Shown here piece by piece: positions 12,775 to 24,673 of a DNA stretch of 64,000 bases. The translations under genes were made by a program, and so were the position numbers. The stretch is from Lama glama (Eukaryota). The stretch spans positions 59,584,001 to 59,648,000 of the forward strand of contig CM052816.1 of the NCBI GenBank assembly GCA_028534125.1, given 5' to 3'. Numbering within the stretch: position 1 is the first letter of the stretch; each line of letters starts with the position of its first letter. The notes under the pieces were generated by a model, which was not told the DNA's origin, did not search any database, and saw only the letters and a list, made by a program, of their open reading frames with translations.

Positions 12775-14830
12775 CATCAGAGCTATTAAAGTATGACTAT
12801 AATACCAAATAATCCATAAGAATCAAATATTAGATGAATTATAAAGCCAATTAATTAAGCATTGTGGAATATACAGATTAATAGAATGGATAGGATCTCC
12901 AGACACAGAGTCAAATATGCACAGGAATACAGTATATCCTAAGGATGGTATTTCGAATCAGTGGGAAAAAGATGAGACTGGGATAATTCACCACCCATTT
13001 CATTAAAAATAAAGCCAGATTCCAAATTCTTCCTTTACCTCAAAATAAACTCCAGATAGAAGCACGTGAGTATATTTTATGCTATAAAAATACCAGAAGA
13101 AAACATGGGTGAATATTCGTATAATCTTTGGTTGGGAAAGGCCTTTATTAGCATATCAGGCCCGGTTTGTAGACTCTTCCAGATCTGCGTGGCTGCCAAG
13201 TTCTGCTGGAAGTTACAGATGGTTCTCCAGGAAGACTGCCTTGTACCAGCCCCATTCCTGTAGCCCCAAGAGGAGGCTTTGACTCCATGGCTCCATTCTT
13301 GCTTCCCTTTGATTAAAAGCCCCTGCCCACCAATGAAGCAGTAGCATGTAGAAAATTCAGAAACTGCCAAGTTAAAATTGGACTCTGCGAAAACTTAAAA
13401 CCTCTGTACAGCAAAATTCATGATAGGCGAGTGTTCTAGGGTCTCCTGCAGGGAAGTCCAAAGCATCGTTCCCCTCCGCTTTAGCTCCTGTGGCTCTGTC
13501 CCTTTGTAAAAAGACTCTTAATTGATTCCCTGAATTCAGAATGTTCCTGAACTGGGATGGGAAAAAATTACATCATATTTTCTCCAACCTCCAGCAGTTC
13601 TAACTGAAACTTAGCATGTCTTTCAATTATGAATATAGTTAATAAACTATATTAGTATTAGAGTTACCTGTGACTTCATCACTAGTAAAAATCAGGTATT
13701 TTTATAGTATGTTAGTTGTCACCAGTATCACTAAATTCCAAATTTATGGTAGTTGTTGGACTCGTTGCTAGATCTCCTTATTTGATGAGGTAATTAAAAA
13801 ATACATATGTATATATGTATGTTTCTGTATCACACATTTGTTTTTAAAAGCTGTTCTGACAAGCACAATTTAACATAATTGGTTTCTTTTGTAATCCTGT
13901 AGATTTTATTTTACACGTTCAAAATCTAATCTGTAAAGGGGTCCAAGGGTTTCAAAAGACTGTCCGGGGTCTGCGTCATGGAAAAGGCTGAGAACCCTGC
14001 CTTAAGGTAATGGTTTACATAGAAAGAAGTTGCCACATACGTTCTTCATGGCCAGCTGGGTGGGTGTGGAGGGTGCTAGCACCATATGTAACATATGTAA
14101 CACCTTTCCCTCAGGAGGTGGGCCCAGCAGGTAGAGAATGAGGGGTGGGCCTGGGCTCCCGGCTGACGGTGGTCTGTTCTCCTCCAGCTGGGGAGGTCCA
14201 ATTCCCACAGCTGATACTCTTCTGTCGCATCAGACCAGTAACTGCTCCATTGAAGGGACTTCCCGTTTTAGATGAGGATGAAAATGACTAATTTTATGGG
14301 GTGCTAGGGGGCTCTCTGATCCCTTAGAGATTGGCACTAAATCATGGGTTGATAGCCTTAATATATACCAAAAGTCTTAGAAATCAGTGAGACCAAGAAC
14401 ACCCCGTTAGATAAATAAACACAATAAAAACAGGCAATTAAAGTGGCTGAATAATATACGGGGAAAATGGATTTGGCCTCACTCATGCTCAGAGAATTGC
14501 AAACAAAAACAAGAATTTTTAAATGCCCATCAATTTGGCAAAGTTTAAAAAATGGACAAAACTCAGCCTGATAAGTTTTGTTAGTGGGAAATAAACGATC
14601 ATGCCTTGTTAGTGGGAATGTAAATTACTATACTTGTGGGGAAAGTTCAGTTTAATAAACAGTATTTCTTAAAACTGTTCTTTGTGCATACCCTCTGGCC
14701 CAGTAATCTCCCTTTTAGGAATGTACCCTCAGGAGCTAATCATAAATATGAGAACAAATATATGTACTAGAGTGTTTATTACTCCCTTATTTATAGTAGC
14801 CAAAACACTGGAGGCATCCTAAATGTCTTA
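12775..14830 (+). mobile_element. Old L1 (L1ME-like) ORF2 3' region, interrupted at 13155-13341 and about 13425-14335
   Basis: Decayed ORF2 motifs 'ataaactccagat..aaaataccagaagaaaacatgggtgaatatt', 'cactcatgctcagagaattgcaaac', 'gttagtgggaatgtaaatt'. Confidence 0.75.
13535..14000. mobile_element. MER113-like hAT-Charlie DNA transposon
   Basis: 'ttctaactgaaacttagcatgtctttcaattatgaat..ataattggtttcttttgtaatcct..aggggtcca..aaaaggctgagaaccctg' matches the recalled MER113 consensus. Confidence 0.8.
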
Positions 14831-17069
14831 TATATTGCAGCAGGGTCCTTCATTAAGATATTCTGCTTTGTCTTCCTTGTATGTTACCTCCATTCCAAGA
14901 AAATAGGCAGGCATCTTTGCCTCAGGGGAGGTGTGTTGTACGGCAGGATGCAGAAGTTGCCACCTGAGAAGGTCCTCCTTGGCTTTTGTTTTTTTGGAAA
15001 GTGAGTTCATGTTTAAGTGGTTAAACCAGGGAGGCGAAAAATGAGACAGAAGCAGAGAGAAAGAGTAGAGGAGGTCCCCAGAGAGGAGACTGGGCTCTGT
15101 GGGTCCCATGTGTTGCTGGGTAATGTGCTCAGCTCTCAAGGTTTGTCCAAGGATGAAGAGGGAATGATGACAAAGAGGGGATGCTCAGCCTGAGACATCT
15201 GACCCCATCAACCTTGGAAGAAATGACCAGTTGTAAGCACCAAGGTCACTGGACTTCCAAGAAACATTTAGGCTGAATGGATTTGATCTTTGCACTATCT
15301 GGAATGATTTAAGACCAGAGGGATTTCTCTGAATGTAAGACTCTTTGTGTGTGGGGCACGGGGAAGGTAGGAGGCAGGGTGGGAGGAGAGGGGAGCTTCA
15401 ATGGTGGCTGCCTTTGATTTATCCCCCAGTCTGGATGAAAGTAAAAAGTAGGATTTAATCTGATTTTGACAAGTAACCAAATGCGGCATTTCCTGCATAA
15501 CTGAGTTTCCATCTTGTGTCCAATCTGCTGTCTTTCCCACTAACTAAATCTCTTTTCTGATAACTTAGTGGTGAGAGGGCTCACAGATAGAGAAGGCTAG
15601 GGCCATCCCATGTTACCCACAGTCTCATGCCAGCAGAGAGAGAGAACTGTGCATAAAGGCAATGATGTTCAATGAAACTAGAAACACAGAGCTGTAAGCA
15701 AGGTGCACTGATGTGCTGTTACAGAATGCATGTGCCAACTGAAGGAAACCAAGTGGAAATTGCTATATGACTCCAAAGAATGAGGTCTAGCGCTCAAAGA
15801 ACAGAGTAAACCACCTTATGAATAAAGGGAACTAGAGGTTTATGGAACTTCTGTTCACTTTTCACTTAGAGAGCAGAAACTGGGTAGAACCTGTTCCAAC
15901 CCATCCCCAGGGGAGGGTCTTGGGCCACCAAGGGCCATGCAATTGGATGTTGCCAGAGAGCTGTGGAACTACAAAAGGTACTGGGCTGTCCAAACAAACA
16001 GGGGCAGAGCGTTTGTCCTTTAAGAGTCTCGACAAGCATGGGTCCAAATACAGAGCGAGTCATCAAACATTTAAAATCAGCAGGGAGGGTGCCCTGATGA
16101 CACAGGTTTCTGATGTAGGGTTGGAGAACGGAGGACTTCAAACCGGAAGTCTCTTTGGCCCTTGTTCTGGAACTAGCCTTCTGGGGGTAGTGTGAATACA
16201 AACCTGATTTATCTAAGCGAACAAAGACAGGGCACACACCCTGGAGTCTAGAACTGAAAGTCATAAAATAGTCATGAAACAGTCAAAGTACGAAGGGTAA
16301 CTACCTTGCGCTTTGATGTCTTGGTTTGGGGCTAAAGTGAGTAAAACCAGTAACTGCTTTGTTTCTTTACTTCTCTGTTCACAAAACCTTTTCCATACTC
16401 TGATAAGACAGATACCAAATCATTTCATGAGCAACTTTGGTTACCAAAACAAGCCCTCGAGAGATGAACTTTGATAGAGGAGTATTTCATAAAGATTGAC
16501 AGACTGGTTATCCATTAGGCATATGGTCATTTTCCTTAGATGTCAATTAAAAACTCCTTTGATCTGAACAGAATGGAAGGGTAAACAGATTACAAACATG
16601 AGTTCTTGGTTCACTGAGAGAACCCAGGTCACAGACGGAAACATAGCCTTAAACTAAAAATGTTGCAAAAGTAAGTTGTTTTGCCTCTTCTCTCAGTTTT
16701 TGGATATATGTTTTTATATGTCCAGCAATGTCTGCAACAATTTCATGAAAAATCTGCATTATATCTTTAGCAGAGAAGAGACATGTAATAACATGCCATG
16801 CTGGCTGGGTCTACCCGGAGAAGCTGAGTGACAGGTAGGTATCAAGGTTGTCATTTCTGTTGTCTGATTGGCACTAAGTAATGTGGCCCCTGTTTGCTGA
16901 CATGCTCAGAGATGAACAAACCACAGGTGTTTGGCACCCAATCCTTTACTATGCAGTTCTTGATTGTATCAATCAGTTTTTAAGATGACTTGGCCACTGG
17001 CAAGTTTGGGGGAAATCTTTGGCTTTATAACTCAATAAGGCCATTATTAAAGACAAGAGCAATAGATTC

Positions 17070-17260
17070 TAGTTCTTTAGAGCTTACTAGATGCCAGGTT
17101 TTCTCGTAAGCAATTTACATGTGGTAATTCATTTAATTCTGTCATCAATCTTATAAAATAAGTATTTAATATAATTTTATGATATACAAGCTTGTTCTGG
17201 GTCATATGGTCAGTGAGTTAGAGATGAGAATCAGGTCCTTGTCTGGCTGACATCAAAGCC
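17070..17260 (-). mobile_element. MIR SINE, split by the adjacent L1
   Basis: Antisense MIR motifs; the MIR resumes at about 18613-18640 ('cttaaaaaccattatacact'). Confidence 0.6.
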
Positions 17261-17261
17261 T

Positions 17262-17771
17262 AATTTAAAAATTTTTTAAAAATTTAATTTTGCATTATTA
17301 CTTATAAAAAATTGAAGAATAGTTGACATATAATATGTCAGTTTCAGGTGTATAATGTAGTGATTTGACATTTAAATACATTACAGAATGATTACTACAA
17401 TAAGTCTAGTAACCACTGTCACCACATAAAGTTACTAGAGTATTACTGACTATCTCCTTATGGTGTATATCACTTCCTGTGACTTAATTATTTTATAACT
17501 GGGATTTGTATCTCTTAATCCCCTTCACCTATTTCCCCCAATCCCCTCACTCTCCCTCAATCTTGGCAACCACTAGTTTATTCTCTATATCTATGAATTT
17601 GTTTCTGTTTTGTTTTGTTCATTTGTTTTGCTTTTTAGATTTTACATGTAAGTGAAATCATATAGTATTTGTCTTTGACTGATTTATTTCAATACTTAGC
17701 ATAATACCCTCTAGGTCCATCCATGTTGTCACAAATTGCAACATGTCATTCTTTTTGTGTAAATAGTATTA

Positions 17772-17810
<39 letters not shown>

Positions 17811-18604
17811 ACACATACATACATACACATATACACACATACACATATACATACACTCCCCCACACACATATACATACTCACCCACACCCCCACACATGC
17901 CACATCTTCTTTACCCATTTGTCACCCACTGATGGACATTTAGGTTGCTTTCATAGCTTGGCAATTGTAAATCATGCCACAGTGAGCATAGGGGTGCACA
18001 GCTCTTTGAATTAGTGCTTTGTTTTCTTCAGGTAAATACCCAAAAGTGAAATTGCTGCATCATAGTAGAGTTCTATTTTAAATTTTTTGATGAGCCTCCA
18101 TACCATTTTTCCACAGTACTGCACCAATTTACACTTCCATCAACGGTGTAGGAGGGTTTCCTTTTCTCCACATCCTCATCAATGCTTGTTATTTGCTGTC
18201 TCTTCAATGATAGCCATTCTGCCAGGTGTGAGGTCAGAATGTCTCACTGTGGTTTGGATTTGCATTTCTCTGATGTTTAGTGATGTTGAACATCTTTTCA
18301 TGTGTCTGTTGGCCATCTGTAGGTCTTTGAAAAAATGTCTATTCAGATCCTCTGGCCATTTTTGAATTGTTTGTTTTTATGATATGGAGTTGTATGAATT
18401 CTTCACACATTTTGGATATTAATCCCTTATCAAAAATCATTTGCAAATATCTTCTCCCATTTAGTAGGCTGTCTTTTCACTTTGTTAATGGCTTCTTTCG
18501 CTGTGCTAAAGCTTTCTAATTTGATGTAGTTCCATTTGTTTATTTTTGCTTTTACTGACTTTGCCTGAAGACACAGATCCAGAACAATATGACTAAGATC
18601 GATG
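17262..18604 (-). mobile_element. 5'-truncated L1 (ORF2 end plus 3'UTR)
   Basis: Antisense L1 text 'gatggacatttaggttgctttcatagcttggcaattgtaaat', 'catcttttcatgtgtctgttggccatctgta'; degenerate TSD tcaaagcc(t)aatt. Confidence 0.95.
17774..17900. repeat. (TG)n microsatellite followed by a (CA/TA)-rich tract inside the L1
   Basis: Seen directly. Confidence 0.95.
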
Positions 18605-20847
18605 TCAAAGCCAATTCTTAAAAACCATTATACACTAGAATCTTCTGTTGGGAGCACTCTGAATCGCTTCCTTCTGTTTAGGACTCTTAGCCCCTGTAGG
18701 TTCTCTTCCCCTAGCTGTGTCTAACAGAAACATGAAAATCCAGCATTCAAAAGGAAGACAGCCATAGCCACTGTGATGCCTTTTCATTTTTTGCATCTGA
18801 ACCATTAAAAGAAAAACACTGAGACAGGCTCTAACTGGGTGGAAATGGCTTGTTCAGGAGGGAAGGGAGGATTTGAGGGTTTTGAGACGTGGCCTGAGAG
18901 GCCCATCACATGCCTCTGAACAGAGGCACGCCTGCTAGTCTGTGGCGTGTCAGAGCCTGAACACCAGCGTGTGATGCGCCTATCACTTTACTGAAAGGAA
19001 TCCCATGTGCCCAGCCCTGCAAGTGCTACAAGCAGTCCTGCAGCCAGCTGACTGGGTGCCAGCCCCTGGACACCGATTCCTACCAGGGGAGAGGGTGACA
19101 AAAGGACAGTGGTGTGACCAGGCCCTGGCGGCCTGGGTGAGATCTGAGATAGTCACATAGTTATGAACGGAATCCACAGAATGTGGCCTCCTTCACGTTC
19201 ATTCCCTGTGATGCCTGATGACACCTGCCACAGAGCAGAGACCCTCCATAAATGCTGATGATGGCGATAAAGATTTACATACCCGCACGCCTCACGTGTG
19301 GTGCCCTGCTATAAAAACAGACATAATATAAATAATGTTTCAGAGAGGATGTTTGGCTTTAGCAAGTTGTAACCTCATAGAAATGGCTCATAAAATGTTA
19401 GGGCTAGGAGGAATGTGAGAGGCCAGGGACACTCCATCTCCCTCATTTACGGACAGTAAAACGGGTTCTAAAAAATATAATGACTTCCCCGAGGTCACAG
19501 GTACTCCTTTAATATGAATGTTATATGAGCACAATTTTTAAAAATATATTGGGAAGGTTAGGATTTGTTTTTCAAAAGATTATTTTTTTTTGGAGGTAGA
19601 ATCAAATGTTCGATTTGAGGTTCATCAGTTTAGATTTCCTATTCCAGGTATAGATGCTACAGGAAAAGGGTGTAATCTGGGCGCCGTGCACATTTCCTAG
19701 AGGGTAGCCATTAACCCTGTGCATGGAGCAGTTGAGCATCAACAAATATTAATTATCATTCGTACTGTTATTCCTAAGAGTGGCTTGTGACTGCTGTTAA
19801 CACAAATATCCCCAAATGTTTCTGATATACTACCCCTATTTGCAAAATATTTTTAAGCATGCCTTCCCCAAAATATACATTTATATTTAAATTGTATAAT
19901 GGACTACTCAATGTATTATTTATATTTTAAAATGCATGAAATAGAATCAAAAGGGTAGAATAAAAATTAAATACACATAGCCACATACTTGGGGTTGGTT
20001 TTACAAGTTTTTTACTTTTTTGTATGGCTACATTTTTCCCTAATGAAAAAGGAAATGGGAAGGAAAATATTAAAAATAAGTACTTCCTGTTTCTTCTCCT
20101 TATGAATTGTCTTGTGGTACCTCTCTGGTTTTCTAACTTGAAGGTATAGAGCCCAGTTAATCACCTAAGACATCTTCTCTGACTCACTGAGGAGGACACT
20201 TTCATAAGAACCTGAAGGTAGCCATGTTCTTCACCGTCCAAGGGAAGCAGGCAGGTTCCAGATTAGCCCACGTCCAGTATTTCACAGACTGAAGTTCACT
20301 AGAAGAAAGTCACTCTAATCTGTGTATCCAAGCAGGAGATATGCTTTGAGCTAGTCCATTGTTTCAACTCCTCTCCTTCCTGACTCACACCCAACAAATC
20401 ACCAAGGTTAACTGAGTTTTCTAACATCAACCACGTATTATTGCACATAAGTGGATGCTAAATGGTGATGCAAAAAGGCTATTGTGCCATTCACTTTCAT
20501 CTCTTCTTCTGATAGGAAGTGAAGTAAAAAAAGAACAACAATGAATAAAACCCCTTCCACCAACAAGCAGAAAGAATCGTAAGAATCCTTCACAAAGTCC
20601 CCAACAGCCAGAACCAAAGAAGGAGCTTGTGGAGGGAACACAGACATATTGTTGGACCTCAATATCACACACTCACAATCAGAGTTTGCAGACTACCCAG
20701 GGGGGGAGGAAATCAACTGATGAACAATTAAATGCATTATTTTAAGGGGGAAAATAACGCTTAGAAATAAGGTTTCTGAAACAAGGAGCAAATATCCTCA
20801 CTCAGATGTGATCAGAGCCAAGGAGACCCAGAGCAGAGGCAGGAGCC

Positions 20848-21347
20848 NNNNNNNNNNNNNNNNNNNNNNNNNNNNNNNNNNNNNNNNNNNNNNNNNNNNN
20901 NNNNNNNNNNNNNNNNNNNNNNNNNNNNNNNNNNNNNNNNNNNNNNNNNNNNNNNNNNNNNNNNNNNNNNNNNNNNNNNNNNNNNNNNNNNNNNNNNNNN
21001 NNNNNNNNNNNNNNNNNNNNNNNNNNNNNNNNNNNNNNNNNNNNNNNNNNNNNNNNNNNNNNNNNNNNNNNNNNNNNNNNNNNNNNNNNNNNNNNNNNNN
21101 NNNNNNNNNNNNNNNNNNNNNNNNNNNNNNNNNNNNNNNNNNNNNNNNNNNNNNNNNNNNNNNNNNNNNNNNNNNNNNNNNNNNNNNNNNNNNNNNNNNN
21201 NNNNNNNNNNNNNNNNNNNNNNNNNNNNNNNNNNNNNNNNNNNNNNNNNNNNNNNNNNNNNNNNNNNNNNNNNNNNNNNNNNNNNNNNNNNNNNNNNNNN
21301 NNNNNNNNNNNNNNNNNNNNNNNNNNNNNNNNNNNNNNNNNNNNNNN
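20848..21347. other. Assembly gap, 500 N
   Basis: N run. Confidence 1.
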
Positions 21348-21559
21348 ACTATCTTAAGCACAAGGAAGACCAAAATGAAAGTCTGGAAGAATCTTAGTGG
21401 GCCCTGGAGGCTCTTGCATCCAACGAGGAGACAGAACAAACAGCCAATGACAATACCTTGCGATGAGAAAATCCTAGAGTTACATCAGTCTTCAGCTGAC
21501 CCTGGGATGTTTCTTTCATGGCACCCATCCTAGCTTGTTGTTATTTTATTTATGTAGCT

Positions 21560-21700
21560 ACTTAACTCTGTCTCTCCAATTACAATCTAAACTCTATATG
21601 GGTAGAGATCTTGTCTGGTGTTTCCACTCCTGTATACCTCACACCTAGCCCAGTATCTGGAAATGGTCGGTGCCCAACAGTATTTGTTAAATGAATGAAT
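21560..21700 (+). mobile_element. L2 3' end
   Basis: 'cacctagcccagtatctgg..cagtatttgttaaatgaatgaat'. Confidence 0.8.
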
Positions 21701-21823
21701 AAATTAATTTGTTGAGGAATTCGGTTGTTAACTAAGGGAGTCAAAACTATGCCTATTTGAACATACAGCACTCGCAAGTAGGTTCTGAAAGCTACAATCA
21801 TTATGAACTAAAATCTGAAATTT

Positions 21824-22340
21824 AATGTTCACAGCAGCACTATTTACATTAGCCAAGACATAGAAGCAACCTAAATGTCTGTCAACAGATGACTGGATAA
21901 AGAAGTTGTGAGATATATATACATACATGCGTGCACGCAAACACACACAATGGAATACTACTCAGCCATAAAAAAGAATGAAATGCCATTTGCAGCAACA
22001 TGGATGGACCTAAAGATCATTATACTGAGTGAAGTAAACCAGAAAGAGAAAGAAAAATACCATATGATACCACTTTTATGTGGAATCTTAAAAAATGACA
22101 AAAAATGAACTTATTTATAAAACAGAAATAGAATCACAGACATAGAAAACAAATTTATGGTTACCAGAGCGGGAAGAGGAGGTAGAGGGGTAAATTGGGA
22201 GGTCGAGATTTGCAGGTACTAACTACTATATATAAAATAGGTAAACAACAAGGTCCTACTGTGTAGAACAGGGAACTATATTCAGTATCTTGTAATAGCC
22301 TATAATGAAAAATAATATGAAAAGGAATATGTATTTCAAT
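21824..22340 (+). mobile_element. 5'-truncated cetartiodactyl-type L1 3' end
   Basis: ORF peptide MEYYSAIKKNEMPFAATWMDLKIIILSEVNQKEK is the L1 ORF2 C-terminus; 3'UTR 'aacaacaaggtcctactgtgtagaacagggaactatattc'. Confidence 0.95.
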
Positions 22341-24027
22341 AAAAATACAATTATGAGAGGCATATATCTAGGCTGTATTATAGTTGTAAAGGGCATGTAT
22401 CTAGATAACATTATATGTCTACCTCTGGATAACGAGTGTCTACTTTCTTTTTCACAAAGGGAATATTCAGACTACAAGCTTGGCTTAGAGACCCCTAAGG
22501 GAAGGGAGGGGAAGACCATGAAGCCGACTTGGAGCCTGACACCTGTCTCTCTGACCGGCTGCCTGGCTGAACACATTTCAGGGCAGCGGGTTACACAGTC
22601 TGAGAGAGGAAGGAAACTGTTACAGTTCTTTGCTTCCTCTGCGGAAAGCCTTGACCGGTATCATGGTCATTCACAGCAGGTGTTCACATTTTTCTAGAAG
22701 CCCCTTTGCCTCCCCTGCCCCACGCATGCGGTTGGGGCTGTGGAGTAGGAGTTTAACGATGATCATGCCTTTCTGCCAGAGGGACTCTGTGCCAGCGAGG
22801 CCTGTGGTCATAGCCCCTCTGTCAACAAGTGCAACCTGCCTAGAAAGCTTCATGTCCTGGATTATGGCGGGGTAAGGACAAGTCCAGGCTGCCAACAGAG
22901 GCTTTAGCAAGTGTGTCACTTAGCGGCTGTGTGCTCACTGCCTGGCAGAGCAAGGGAGAACAGAGCTTCTCCCTCACCCAAGCGTAGTCAGGTCAGGACC
23001 AGGTCAGCATCACTGGGACCAAGGCAGCACCCCTGCCCACCAGGCACACAACCCTCTGCTGAGGCCAGAGCCGGAGGCGAAACCCATCGTCTCCCCTAAA
23101 GCTTGTCCCCGAGCCAAGAGCAGGCAGAAGTCTGGGAACCCATGGTGTGGGGAGATCACGGGCACAACTTCCTTCCACCGGAGCCTAACATTTCCACTTG
23201 TGAGTCTGGCACAGATGGATGAGGCCAAGGTAGGGGGAGGGAGAGGCAGAACCCAGAGCCATTGACACTGTGGGGATTTGTGGAAAGCCTGTGGTTCTGC
23301 TGTAAGTGGGGACTTGAAGCTCTCAGGGTTCATGTCATTTAAGTGTAGGCCCTAAAAGAATCCATGCGACTTCCTCCTCGTGGCAGAGGGAGGGTCTGGA
23401 AGACTGTGTGGTTTCTAAGCCCTTTCACGCCTGGAGCATGAGTATTCTCTAGAACAGAAAGATAAAATCGACTTCATTTTGGTACACAAATGTCTGGATC
23501 CAAGAAGGGTTTTCTTTGTTGAAGACAAAAATTGTCAAGAGGTTTGAATCTGTAGCTAGAGACAGAAATGACAGTGCCCCCAAAGACCATGTTAAAAATC
23601 CAAGAATTCAAACATCAAATTTAATTCCTTTAACATTTCTCATACTTTCCTTTACCCACAATTCCTCGCAGTGAAGATATTTGTTGACAAATATCTGTTG
23701 ACAAACTATGAACACTACTTAATCTACATTTGGTGATTATAAAATTGATAAAGGCAAGATGTTAAAGAAGCTGGAAGAGCAGTACCCTAAAATCTCCCAT
23801 AACATTGCACCCAAAAAACGTTGGGTAAGTTATCATGTGTCTTGGTACATAATAACTACTATAACCATTATTATAGTCAAACAATGTTCAAATGTTCCAT
23901 GGCTTTCAACTCCATTACTACTTCTGCACTGTTATGAATGAGATGTTCTGGAAAACCTTCTTGTTACAAACACCTAGCAATGCTGTTTAAGACTTCCTAA
24001 ATAGCCTTTTAAAAATATAGGCAGCCT

Positions 24028-24097
24028 CAGAGAGAGAGAGAGAGAGGGAGAGGGAGAGAGAGAGGGAGAGAGAGACAGACAGACAGAGAGACAGAGA
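24028..24097. repeat. (GA)n/(GACA)n microsatellite
   Basis: Seen directly. Confidence 0.95.
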
Positions 24098-24099
24098 AA

Positions 24100-24650
24100 C
24101 ATAGGGACCAAACCCAGAGTTAACTGAAATAGAGTGATACCTGTGTAACAGAGACAAAAGCTACACTGAAAGGCTCTGCCAACGCTAGGAATTTAGTATT
24201 TGAGTTTTAGCCTGTGTGGAAGAATGAGAAACAGGATTTTGTCCCACATAAAGTGTGTAGAAGGAATTGAGACTTCCACAAACCCTGTACTTACGAAGGG
24301 TTATAAACACAGGGGAAGGGTGGCCTAGAAACACTCTTCCCTGGAAAAGGGAGCTGGTGGCACGAAAACTTGTTGATCTAAGGTATTGGCTTGCGGTGAA
24401 GAAAATCTCTCTGGAAAGTAGTAACCACAAGCCTGCCTGTGTACAGTTTAAGGATTTGAGTTTATATCATCTACATGATCCAGGGAAATTCAATTCAATA
24501 AATTCAATTTAAATACTTCTGGATTAGAGGTGTTCCAGGAGGTTTGGAAAAAGATAACACAAACCCTCTCTGGAGGAATGCACCTCAGCCTACGCCTTTC
24601 AGTACTGGTACAATAAAGATAGCCAAATAGGAACCGCTTTTCACATTTTC
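24100..24650 (+). mobile_element. Probable ancient L1 (L1ME-type) 5'-end remnant
   Basis: 'gaagaaaatctctctgg..taaccacaagcctgcc..aaaccctctctggagga' resembles old L1ME 5' ends. Confidence 0.45.
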
Positions 24651-24673
24651 TCAAGGTAAAAAAAAAAAAAAAA

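Noticed and set aside
20798..21533. 213-aa and 241-aa ORFs
   Set aside because: Artefacts of translating through the N gap
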